This document shows, in pieces, positions 1 to 7,854 of a DNA stretch of 26,073 nt. The position numbers and the translations under genes were made by a program. Origin of the DNA: Candidatus Xenobia bacterium. GTDB taxonomy: Bacteria > Vulcanimicrobiota > Xenobia > Xenobiales > QWHO01. Under the pieces are notes generated by a model that saw nothing but the letters and a program-made list of their open reading frames with translations, did no database searches and was not told the origin of the DNA. The stretch is taken from positions 1-26,073 of the forward strand of contig BTUM01000101.1 of assembly GCA_045863235.1 (NCBI GenBank), given 5' to 3'. How positions within the stretch are numbered: position 1 is the stretch's first letter; each line of letters starts with the position of its first letter.

Positions 1-55
1 GGAGCGTGTCCGTTTTTAAACCGGATCCGTGTCCGTTTCCTAACCGGATATCACA
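1..55. mobile_element. Probable terminal inverted-repeat end of an IS21-family insertion sequence (body lies left of the window)
   Basis: Two direct repeats with 23-bp period, CGTGTCCGTTTTTAAACCGGAT (5-26) and CGTGTCCGTTTCCTAACCGGAT (28-49), followed by ATCACA ending in CA at 55; reverse complement starts TGTGATATCCGG. Tandem subterminal repeats with a TG...CA end are typical of IS21 ends. No transposase visible. Confidence 0.5.
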
Positions 56-154
56 CCGATCAGGAACTGGGCGCGTATCAAGTGGTTTCTACAGTAGCGG
101 GCACTGATATCTGACAGTGCAGGAATCCAATCCACCCGGGTCAGTCGACCTCGT

Positions 155-203
155 GTTCATCAACTGTTCATCTGGTTGCCCCGCATTCAACGCTTCCTCA
201 ACG
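155..203 (+). promoter_or_regulatory. Shared upstream motif, copy 1 (heptamer direct repeat plus bipartite motif)
   Basis: GTTCATC at 155 and 166 (11-bp period); GTTCAT(166)-N18-ACGCTT-N4-AACG(203); 63 nt before the GTG start at 267. Confidence 0.55.
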
Positions 204-266
204 CCCCGGCTCCCCGTCGAGAGACGCCGGGGCCGTTTCATGAGGCAGACAGATTCGGAGGTTACC

Positions 267-1355
267 GTGAACGCGAACTTCTTATACGAACCACCACATA
301 GTCCGCGGGATGAGAGCGAGGCTCTGCAGCTCTACTTTCGCCAGTTGCTCGAAAGCGAGGAATTGGAGCAAGCCGCTGAGGTTCTCCTTCAGCTGGCGGA
401 GATTTCCGATACCCAGGTCCGGGCTGGAATGCACGAAGTGACGAGGCTCGGGCAGTTGGAGCAGATCATGGAGAAGGTGGGACAGGGAGACAGCTGGATG
501 CGGCTGGCTCGCGTCTCCGTACTCCAAGGACTGCGCAGTATGGCCGGTCCTAACGCCGCCCCCCCCCCGACTGTGTGGTCCGACCAGCCTCGGGCTGAGC
601 TCTTCGGCGCTCTGCGCCTGAGCTACCAGTGCCGAACTCTAGCCCCGGAACGCTGGCCCAGCGCCAAAGCGATGCGGCTCTTCGCTTGCCTGGTCGGACG
701 CCAGGGAGCACCTGTCAGCTGCGCGGCCGCCATCGAGATGCTGTGGCCCGAACTGACCCCCGGTCGAGGCAGGTCTTCGCTACGCAACTGCATCTATCAG
801 ATCCGCTACGCGCTTCGCGATCTCCTGGGCTTACCGGGTGAGGGGTTGGTACGCTGTCGCATGCAGGACACCCTTAGCCTGGATGCGCGGTTTGAGACCG
901 ACGTGGACTCATTCGAACAAGCCGCTGAGCAAGCCCGCAAGCTCCAATACAATCAGCCGCTGGATGCATTGCGCCTGGCCAGTTCGGCAGACAGCCTCTA
1001 TCGCGCCCCATTCCTGGAGGGACTGGAGGATGCCTGGATCCAGCCACTGCGAGCGCGCCTGGCGGCGGCCCGGGGGAATCTGCTGCACGTGCTGGCCAAT
1101 TGTCAGCTGACCCTGGGCCATGCCCAGCTGGCCGAGCAGACCGCACGCCGCGCTCTGCAGCACGACGATCTGTGCGAGCAGGCCTGGGCCGATCTGCTGG
1201 CCGCCCAAATCGGTCAGGGTCGAGAGTCGGAGGCCCGACGCCTCTATCGCGATGCGGTGGCCCATTTCCAGAGCGAGCTGGGATTCCGGCCCACCGTCCT
1301 GGGCGAGGCATACGACCGGCTGCTGGCCCCACCCGCTTTCCGCAAAGTTAGCTAA
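267..1355 (+). CDS. SARP-like transcriptional regulator (OmpR-type wHTH + BTAD/TPR domain)
   Basis: ELFGALRL...WPSAKAMRLFACL...AIEMLWPE...SLRNCIYQIRYAL (wHTH), then TDVDSFE...LYRAPFLEG...W...ALQHDDLCEQAW...ELGFRP (BTAD). Start set at GTG 267 because GGAGG (257-261) lies 5 nt upstream; ATG 240 is an alternative. Confidence 0.85.
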   Translation: MNANFLYEPPHSPRDESEALQLYFRQLLESEELEQAAEVLLQLAEISDTQVRAGMHEVTRLGQLEQIMEKVGQGDSWMRLARVSVLQGLRSMAGPNAAPPPTVWSDQPRAELFGALRLSYQCRTLAPERWPSAKAMRLFACLVGRQGAPVSCAAAIEMLWPELTPGRGRSSLRNCIYQIRYALRDLLGLPGEGLVRCRMQDTLSLDARFETDVDSFEQAAEQARKLQYNQPLDALRLASSADSLYRAPFLEGLEDAWIQPLRARLAAARGNLLHVLANCQLTLGHAQLAEQTARRALQHDDLCEQAWADLLAAQIGQGRESEARRLYRDAVAHFQSELGFRPTVLGEAYDRLLAPPAFRKVS

Positions 1356-1378
1356 ATCAATCAAAAGGAGCCCTACAA

Positions 1379-2059
1379 ATGAACATCGCAACCGCCCCCA
1401 ATAGCAGTATCATCCATATCCCCCAGCGGTCCCAGGGTCAGATTCCCCAGGATCCCTCCACCGAACCGGTCGACCGCGTCGAGCGAGGAATCGTGTTCGA
1501 GGCTGCCAGTCGCACGATCGGAGTGGCCAGCGGTATTGCCCTGACCTTCAACCGGATGATCGTGGGCGGATGTGCCGGAGCCGGCCAGGGAATCGTCAAG
1601 GCAACCGGTCTCAAGGACGACCAGGCGGACCTCGGTTTCAAGGTTGCCATGACAGCCAACCTGGCAGCGACCGGAGCCCTGGCAGGCGGCTTCGGCTATG
1701 AGGCCCTGGCCCTCAGCCCCGCCCAGGGTGCCGCGGCGGGAGCAGTCACCAATGCTCTGATCGGTAACCAGGATTGGAAATCGGCTGCCCCGGCGTTCCA
1801 GAATCAGGTCCGCACAACCGCTGATGAATGGGTGGAGGCCAGCCTGGCCAAGCTGCCCGAGCCCATCTCCCAGGGCCAGGGGGTTGCCGCAAATGTGGCT
1901 CGGGGCCTGGTGGGAGAGGTTGTGGGGCTCTCTGCCGGCGTGTTCGCCAGCAGCGCGGTTGCCCCCCAGAGCTTTCAGGCCGGCTATGACTGGGGTACTC
2001 GCAATGTCGAGCGCCTGGCCAACTGGATGTCTCCGGCTTCTGACGAGAACAAGGCATAA
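1379..2059 (+). CDS. Hypothetical Gly/Ala-rich (glycine-zipper-like) membrane-associated protein
   Basis: 226-aa ORF with AAGGAG RBS 23 nt after the regulator stop region; several GxxxG-rich hydrophobic helices; low-complexity N-terminus MNIATAPNSS. Confidence 0.75.
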   Translation: MNIATAPNSSIIHIPQRSQGQIPQDPSTEPVDRVERGIVFEAASRTIGVASGIALTFNRMIVGGCAGAGQGIVKATGLKDDQADLGFKVAMTANLAATGALAGGFGYEALALSPAQGAAAGAVTNALIGNQDWKSAAPAFQNQVRTTADEWVEASLAKLPEPISQGQGVAANVARGLVGEVVGLSAGVFASSAVAPQSFQAGYDWGTRNVERLANWMSPASDENKA

Positions 2060-2094
2060 CGCTCCGCCATCTCTGGTCGATTCCCAGCGCAACC

Positions 2095-2128
2095 AAGGAG
2101 AGCCTGCAGCAGGCTCTCCTTTCCTTTT
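2095..2128 (+). terminator. Rho-independent terminator
   Basis: AAGGAGAGCCTGC-A-GCAGGCTCTCCTT inverted repeat followed by TCCTTTT, 35 nt after the 1379-2059 stop. Confidence 0.75.
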
Positions 2129-2182
2129 CCGGAGCTTTCCTGCGACAATCGGAAACACGAGTCGCGCCAATCAAGAGCGAGA

Positions 2183-2910
2183 TCACTTGCCGGCCGAGCG
2201 GAAAACCCCGCTTACCGGTTTGGCAGCGTTACCGGGCTGAGCAGGCGAGCCGCCCGGTAGGAGCGGTCACGCCGGCCGAGCGGTAAACCCGCCCCGCGCT
2301 CGCTTACCGGTTAGGCTGAGCAAGCGGGACACCGCCCGGTGGGAACGGTCACGCCGGCAGAGAGGTTAAACCCGCCCCCGCGCTCGCTTACCGGTCCACT
2401 CTGAGCAGGCGGGACCACCGCCCGGTGGGAACGGTCACGCCGGCACGTTAAACCCGCCCCCGCGCTCGCTTAACGGTCCACTCTGAGCAGGCGGGACCAC
2501 CGCCCGGTGGGAACGGTCACGCCGGCAGAGCGGTTAAACCCGCCCCCGCACTCGCTTACCGGTCCACTCTGAGCAGGCGGGACCACCGCCCGGTGGGAAC
2601 GGTCACGCCGGCAGAGCGGTCAACCCGCCCCCGCGCTCGCTTACCGGTCCAAGATGCAGCAGGCGGGATGCCGTCCGGTGGGAACGGTCACGCCGGCCGA
2701 GCGGTTAAACCCGCCCCCGCGCTCGCTTACCGGTCCGAGATGCAGCAGGCGGGATACCGCCCGGTGGGAACGGTCACGCCGGCAGAGCGGTTAAACCCGC
2801 CCCCGCGCTCGCTTACCGGTCCAAGATGCAGCAGGCGGGACACCGCCCGGTGGGAACGGTCACGCCGGCAGAGCGGTAAACCCCGTCCCGGGGCAGCGTT
2901 ATCTAACTGA
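2183..2910. repeat. Non-coding tandem array, about 8.5 copies of an ~86-bp unit
   Basis: Core GT(A/G)GGA(A/G)CGGTCACGCCGG at 2257, 2339, 2425, 2507, 2593, 2678, 2764, 2850 (spacing 82-86). Consensus CCGGTGGGAACGGTCACGCCGGCAGAGCGGTTAAACCCGCCCCCGCGCTCGCTTACCGGTCCACTCTGAGCAGGCGGGACCACCGC. Unit length is not a multiple of 3. Confidence 0.95.
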
Positions 2911-2973
2911 CCTGGAGGCGAGAAGCCGAGCTGGGCGCGGCGCTCTATCGGACACAGCCCGATGGGCCGAGCG

Positions 2974-3021
2974 GTTCGTCCCGGTTCACAGCTCGGTGTT
3001 CCCCAAGACGTCTCGATGACA
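2974..3021 (+). promoter_or_regulatory. Shared upstream motif, copy 2
   Basis: GTTCGTC(2974) and GTTCACA(2984); GTTCAC-N18-ACGTCT-N4-GACA; 61 nt before ATG 3083. Confidence 0.5.
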
Positions 3022-3082
3022 ACCACAAGTCTCTGGCAATGCATGATCGCCCAACCCAAGCAACCAAGGAGGATTCCTCGCC

Positions 3083-3661
3083 ATGATCATCACCAACACC
3101 GCCCTCCCCCGGATGGCATCCCGGGCCCTGAGTGAGCCTCCCCCGCCGCCCGAGCCCCCGCCGCCGCCCGAGCCCCCGCCGAGCGAACCCAAAATCTACT
3201 TTCGCGACAGCGCCCGCAGTGGTCGTCGTGACCTTCTCCTGGGAGTCGCCCTGGCGGCTGGGACGCCCGGAGTGCTTCCGCCCACCGCCGGCAAGCTGGT
3301 GGGCGGAATCGTGGGCGGACTGGGCCTCATCTCGGGCTACGGCGAGGTGCGCGAAGGGATGCGCCGCTCCGATGTCCACCAGGTGCTCGACGGCGCGCTC
3401 CATATGGGGATCTCGGTCTCCTTGCTGGCGGTGGCGGCTGTCTCCAGCCCTCTGGTAGGGGCCTTTCTCAGCACCGGCGGCTACACGCTGCTGGCCGGCA
3501 AGATGCTCTACGACCATCCCAAGGACGTGCTCGACGTTGTCGCCCTGCAGCCGCTGGGACTGGTCCGGGATGCGGGCCGCAGCATTTGGCTCGAGTTCCG
3601 GCCCGAGCCCAAGCCCGAGAATCCCACGCCAGCGCCGGCCGAACAGGAGAAGCAGCCGTGA
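3083..3661 (+). CDS. Hypothetical membrane protein with N-terminal poly-Pro tract
   Basis: AAGGAGG RBS; MIITNTALPR start; EPPPPP repeats; 3-4 Gly-rich hydrophobic segments. Confidence 0.75.
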   Translation: MIITNTALPRMASRALSEPPPPPEPPPPPEPPPSEPKIYFRDSARSGRRDLLLGVALAAGTPGVLPPTAGKLVGGIVGGLGLISGYGEVREGMRRSDVHQVLDGALHMGISVSLLAVAAVSSPLVGAFLSTGGYTLLAGKMLYDHPKDVLDVVALQPLGLVRDAGRSIWLEFRPEPKPENPTPAPAEQEKQP

Positions 3662-4050
3662 ACATGACCATCACCAACCACTCCCCGGCCCGTAGTCCCT
3701 CCCGGTCGGTCCGGCTGGCCGAAGGGGCCGCAGGTGCCATCGTTGGCGGCCTCGTGGATGGCGTGGGAATCGGCGGAGCCACGCTGATTCGCACTCCCCA
3801 GCTGGTGGGCAAGGCCTACTGCGATCTGTGGACCTCGGAGAAGACCCTGGCCTACAAATCGACGACCTCCCTCATCATCCCGGCCGTGGCCCTGCTGGCC
3901 ACTCCTCTGGCGACGGCAGTGGGGCTGGCCGTGGGCGCCTACCAGGGGGCCCAGGAGGGCTATGCCAACGGCCTGCCGGTGGCCGCCCAGCGCTCTGTGG
4001 AGATGGTTCTCTCCTATGACCAGTTCCTTCAGGACACATTGAAAGGCTGA
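3658..4050 (+). CDS. Hypothetical glycine-zipper membrane protein
   Basis: GTGA start/stop overlap with the upstream gene and AGGAG upstream (ATG 3664 is an alternative); GAAGAIVGGLVDGVGIGG and AVGLAVGAYQGAQEG segments. Confidence 0.7.
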   Translation: MNMTITNHSPARSPSRSVRLAEGAAGAIVGGLVDGVGIGGATLIRTPQLVGKAYCDLWTSEKTLAYKSTTSLIIPAVALLATPLATAVGLAVGAYQGAQEGYANGLPVAAQRSVEMVLSYDQFLQDTLKG

Positions 4051-4058
4051 TTGAGACA

Positions 4059-5573
4059 ATGCAGATCACCAACGTTCGAGTCAGTTATCTTCCTCAAGAT
4101 CCTCTGGTCAGCCGGCCGGCCGAGATGACCCTGGACAGCAGCGAAGTCGGGGACCGCCTGGAAGGCCCGCGCCTCCGAGTGGACGATGGCGAGCCGGCCC
4201 GGCCCGACGCTCAGGGAAACTACCTCTTCCAGCCTGGCACTCGCGAATTTCAGCAGGCGAACTCGCTGGTATGCGCCACCAAGACTCTGCGCCTCTTCGA
4301 GCAAGCCCTGGGGCACGAGATACCGTGGGCCTTTCGCGGCAAGCTCCAGATCCATCCCCACTACGGACAGGGCTTTAATGCCTTCTACCTGCGCCAGGAT
4401 CACTCCATCAATTTCTTCGATGGCCTGGATACAACCACCAACAAAGTGGTGGCGGGCAGCGAGTCGCTGGATGTGGTCAGCCATGAAACCGGACATGCCT
4501 TGCTGGACGCCCTCCGACCGGGGCTGGTGGGCTGGTTCGGCAGCGAACAGGCGGCTGCGTTTCACGAGTCCTTCGGCGACCTGGCCACCATTCTCACCTC
4601 GCTGCACGACCCGCACGTGCTGGACAAACTGTTGCAGGATACCGGAGGCGACCTGCGCCGGCCCAACCAGGTAGCCCGTCTGGCCGAGGAGTTGTCGCTG
4701 GGAATCAATCACGTCCACCTGGGTGGCAGCCGCCCGGAAGACTGGGCCATGCGCGACGCCAACAACAACTTTACCTACGTCCCGCCCTCCCAGTTACCCG
4801 ATCGGGCGCCACCCGAGGAGCTCTCTCGCGAGCCGCACAGCTTCAGCCGGATCTTCACCGGTGCCTGCTGGGACGTTCTGGCACGCATGACTGAAGAGAA
4901 CATGCGCCAGGGCCAGGATGCTCGCCAGGCCATTGTGGCCGCCCGCGACGCCATGCTCACGCTGTGCGCTCACGCCGTGGAGCTTGGCCCCAACCGCCTC
5001 AAGCGGCTGGGCCAGATGTCCGAGTCCATGCTCAAGGCTGACCGACGCTACCTGGCCGGCAAGTTCCAGCCACTTCTGACCGAGGTCATGACACGGCGCG
5101 GCCTGCTCTCGTCCGTCGCGCCCGAGGAGCTGCCCCCGATCCGTCTCGAGCAGATCCCCACCTCGGCGGCCGAGGCGAGGGCACTCCTGGGCGAGCAGCT
5201 GGGGCTGGGTCAACTCCCTGCCCTCAACTGCGAGTCCATCCAGCGCAACCTCCAGGGAGAGACCTTCCTCCGCTACACTCAGGTGCGCGAAGTGGAGCTC
5301 GAGCCGGGCACCTCCACCGACCTGGCCGCCAGCCTCACGCTGGGATTCGATCGCGAGGGGCGCCTCTTCCACCGGCTGTGGGAGCCGATCGACCAGGAGG
5401 CGGTGGAGCTGGCTCGCCAGGAGGTCGAGGTGCGCACCTCTCAGGGCGCCATCCGGGCCGTTCCCCCCCAGAGCTCCGCCGAGCTGATGAAAACAGACGA
5501 CGGGATCTACGCCGGTTACGTGGTCGGGTCCCCTGGAGGCCACCAGAAACTGGTGCGCATCCCTGGCGCCTGA
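4059..5573 (+). CDS. Zinc metallopeptidase, gluzincin clan (M4 thermolysin / M36 fungalysin-like), no signal peptide
   Basis: FNAFY, DVVSHETGHALLD (HExxH), FHESFGD (third ligand Glu), EPHSFSRIFTGACWD. Confidence 0.85.
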   Translation: MQITNVRVSYLPQDPLVSRPAEMTLDSSEVGDRLEGPRLRVDDGEPARPDAQGNYLFQPGTREFQQANSLVCATKTLRLFEQALGHEIPWAFRGKLQIHPHYGQGFNAFYLRQDHSINFFDGLDTTTNKVVAGSESLDVVSHETGHALLDALRPGLVGWFGSEQAAAFHESFGDLATILTSLHDPHVLDKLLQDTGGDLRRPNQVARLAEELSLGINHVHLGGSRPEDWAMRDANNNFTYVPPSQLPDRAPPEELSREPHSFSRIFTGACWDVLARMTEENMRQGQDARQAIVAARDAMLTLCAHAVELGPNRLKRLGQMSESMLKADRRYLAGKFQPLLTEVMTRRGLLSSVAPEELPPIRLEQIPTSAAEARALLGEQLGLGQLPALNCESIQRNLQGETFLRYTQVREVELEPGTSTDLAASLTLGFDREGRLFHRLWEPIDQEAVELARQEVEVRTSQGAIRAVPPQSSAELMKTDDGIYAGYVVGSPGGHQKLVRIPGA

Positions 5574-5614
5574 ACCGGGCGCCACAACACCATGCAAGAT
5601 TTCAAGGAGGAACC

Positions 5615-7594
5615 ATGAACGTTACCCCAACCCGAGACCTGGGCGCGCATCGGCCCGGCGAGCTTCTGGTGCGACTCAACGAGGGAGCCAGTCTGGCAAC
5701 AGACGTGGTCTCCGACCTCGAGGCTCAGATCGTCGATCGTTTCGAGCTTCCCAACCCCGGCTCCAGCCTGGACGGGGGGGCCACCGTGCTGCACCTGAAG
5801 CTGCCCGAGTCCACCAGCACCGAGCAGGCTATCGACAGATTGGAGAACGATCCTCGCGTCCGCTACGCGGTCCCCAACCACATCTTCGAGCTCGACGCCC
5901 AGGAGCGCAGACCCGACGACCTCTCCCAAGAGCTGTGGGGCATGCAAGCCATCCATGCTCCCGAGGCCTGGGCCGTCACCACCGGCTCGAACAACGGTCC
6001 GGTCATCGCCGTCCTGGACACGGGGGTGGATCTCGCCCACCCCGATCTCATGGCCAACCTGTGGACCAATGCGGGCGAGATTCCCGGGAATGGGATCGAT
6101 GATGACGGCAACGGCGTGGTGGACGACGTCCACGGCTACAATCCCAACGACAACTCCGGCAATGTCCAGGACGGGCACCGCCACGGCACCCACACGGCAG
6201 GGACCATCGGGGCCGTGGGAAACAACGGGCAGGGCGTGGTGGGCGTCAACTGGCAGGCCCGCATCATGGCGATCAAGATCTTCGATGACAACGGCCGGAC
6301 CAGCGCCGCCAGCATCATCAAGGGGCTCGAATATGCCAACAAGATGGGCGCCCGCATCACTTCGAACTCGTGGGGTGGGACTCAGTACAACGAGGCGATC
6401 AAGGACGCCTTTGCGGGCTCTTCAGCCCTGCACATCGCGGCCGCCGGGAACAGTCGCACCAACACCGACCTGAAGGGTCACTACCCCAGCACCTACGACC
6501 TTCCCAACATGGTCAGCGTGGCGGCCACCACCCGCAACGACTCACGGGCCAGTTTTTCCAACTACGGAGCCAGGACGGTGGATCTGGCCGCTCCCGGGCA
6601 GGACATCGTGTCCACCGTCCCGGGGGGCGGAACCGAGTCCCTCAACGGCACCTCGATGGCCTGCCCCCACGTCAGCGGCGTGGCCGGGCTGATCGCCACC
6701 CTCTACCCCGAGGCCAGCAACGAGGAGATCAAGAGGCGCCTGCTTTCGGGCGTGGATCAGGTCGACTCGCTGCAGGGCCTGGTGGCCACCGGCGGACGCC
6801 TCAATGCCGCCCGCAGCCTGGAAGACGACAAGACCGCCCCGGGCAGTCCCGGGCAATTCCAGGTGGAGTCCAGCGACTCGCGCAGTCTGACTCTGACCTG
6901 GATCGCCCCCGGGGATGACCAGAGCCAGGGGACGGCCGCCCGTTACGACCTGCGCGTCAGCGACCGGCCCATTACCGATGAGGAGAGCTTCCAGAAAGCC
7001 CGGGCCGTGCCCGTGACCGGTCCGCGCTCGGGAGGCAGCCGGGAGGAGCTCGTCCTGCCGGTCCGTCCCTCGGAGTCGGCCCAGGAGGTCTACCTGGCGC
7101 TCAAGGCCAGCGACAACGTGGGCAACATCTCGCCGATGGTCAGCGCCCGGGGCCAGGTGAGACCCTCCCTGAAAGCCTTCCAGGACGGCGGGCCTGCCTC
7201 CTGGACCATCCAGGGCGACTGGGCCCAGATCGAAGGAGGGGTCTGGACCGACAGTCCTGGCGGAGACCTGGTGCCAGGTCGGAACAGCGTTCTCTCCAGC
7301 CAGCCCTTCTCGCTCAAGGGCCTGAAGAACGCCACGCTGGTCTTCGACGCCAAACACGACCTGGATGACAGCGGTGGCGACGTGGTCTGGGTCCAGGTCA
7401 GCAAGGACGGGGGCCGCAACTGGTCTCCGGTGGGCTCGCTCACCGGCCGGTCGGACTGGCAGCCGCACGGGATGGACCTGTCAGCTTACGACGGCAAGAA
7501 GATCCAGTTCCAGTTCACCCTGGTTTCTGGGGGCTTTGGACGGCGCGACGGGATCTACCTCAAGGACCTCAAGGTTCTGGGAGAACCGCGCTAA
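5615..7594 (+). CDS. S8 subtilisin-like serine peptidase with prodomain, FN3-like and C-terminal jelly-roll domains, no signal peptide
   Basis: Catalytic triad VIAVLDTGVD / HGTHTAGTIGA / GTSMACPHVSG; DDDGNGVVDDVHG loop; LTWIAPGDD...YDLR FN3-like segment. ATG 5615 follows AAGGAGG. Confidence 0.92.
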   Translation: MNVTPTRDLGAHRPGELLVRLNEGASLATDVVSDLEAQIVDRFELPNPGSSLDGGATVLHLKLPESTSTEQAIDRLENDPRVRYAVPNHIFELDAQERRPDDLSQELWGMQAIHAPEAWAVTTGSNNGPVIAVLDTGVDLAHPDLMANLWTNAGEIPGNGIDDDGNGVVDDVHGYNPNDNSGNVQDGHRHGTHTAGTIGAVGNNGQGVVGVNWQARIMAIKIFDDNGRTSAASIIKGLEYANKMGARITSNSWGGTQYNEAIKDAFAGSSALHIAAAGNSRTNTDLKGHYPSTYDLPNMVSVAATTRNDSRASFSNYGARTVDLAAPGQDIVSTVPGGGTESLNGTSMACPHVSGVAGLIATLYPEASNEEIKRRLLSGVDQVDSLQGLVATGGRLNAARSLEDDKTAPGSPGQFQVESSDSRSLTLTWIAPGDDQSQGTAARYDLRVSDRPITDEESFQKARAVPVTGPRSGGSREELVLPVRPSESAQEVYLALKASDNVGNISPMVSARGQVRPSLKAFQDGGPASWTIQGDWAQIEGGVWTDSPGGDLVPGRNSVLSSQPFSLKGLKNATLVFDAKHDLDDSGGDVVWVQVSKDGGRNWSPVGSLTGRSDWQPHGMDLSAYDGKKIQFQFTLVSGGFGRRDGIYLKDLKVLGEPR

Positions 7595-7605
7595 GGTAGA
7601 GCGAA

Positions 7606-7742
7606 GCGCGGAAGTCGGGCCCGTAACTTGCCGTGAAGAACCTGTTCTGAGCGCCCCCACGGGCCCGACTTCTGCGCGCAGCGGAGTTTTGCGCGCATCG
7701 CGAGAGTTTGGCACAAAACTTGACCGCGCTCCCGGAGCGCGG
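7606..7742. other. Cluster of three inverted repeats in the intergenic region (terminator, structured RNA or miniature element)
   Basis: 19-bp arms 7606-7624 and 7659-7677 (one G.T mismatch); TGCGCGCA...TGCGCGCA 7673-7697; CCGCGCTCC-C-GGAGCGCGG 7724-7742. Confidence 0.6.
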
Positions 7743-7749
7743 GGGGCCG

Positions 7750-7798
7750 GTTCATCTCTCGTTTACCTTCCCGGTCGGCATGCAACGCTGCCTTGACG
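7750..7798 (+). promoter_or_regulatory. Shared upstream motif, copy 3
   Basis: GTTCATC(7750) and GTTTACC(7761), 11-bp period; GTTTAC-N18-ACGCTG-N4-GACG; 56 nt before GTG 7855. Confidence 0.6.
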
Positions 7799-7854
7799 GA
7801 ATCGGAACCTCCACCTGGTTTCATGACCGTGAGACAAGAAAGGAGTCAGCAACC

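Noticed and set aside
2183..2910. CRISPR array
   Set aside because: Whole 86-bp units are near-identical with no unique spacers, and no cas genes are in the window.
5378..5614. ORF-track N-terminal extensions of the S8 gene (likewise 117, 3586, 7708, 12269, 21192, 24668 starts)
   Set aside because: They overlap neighbours or regulatory DNA; downstream starts have better RBS or match family N-termini.
7709..7723. Sigma-54 promoter TGGCAC-N5-TTGA
   Set aside because: The -12 element is GA, not the near-invariant GC; it is a single instance lying among hairpins.
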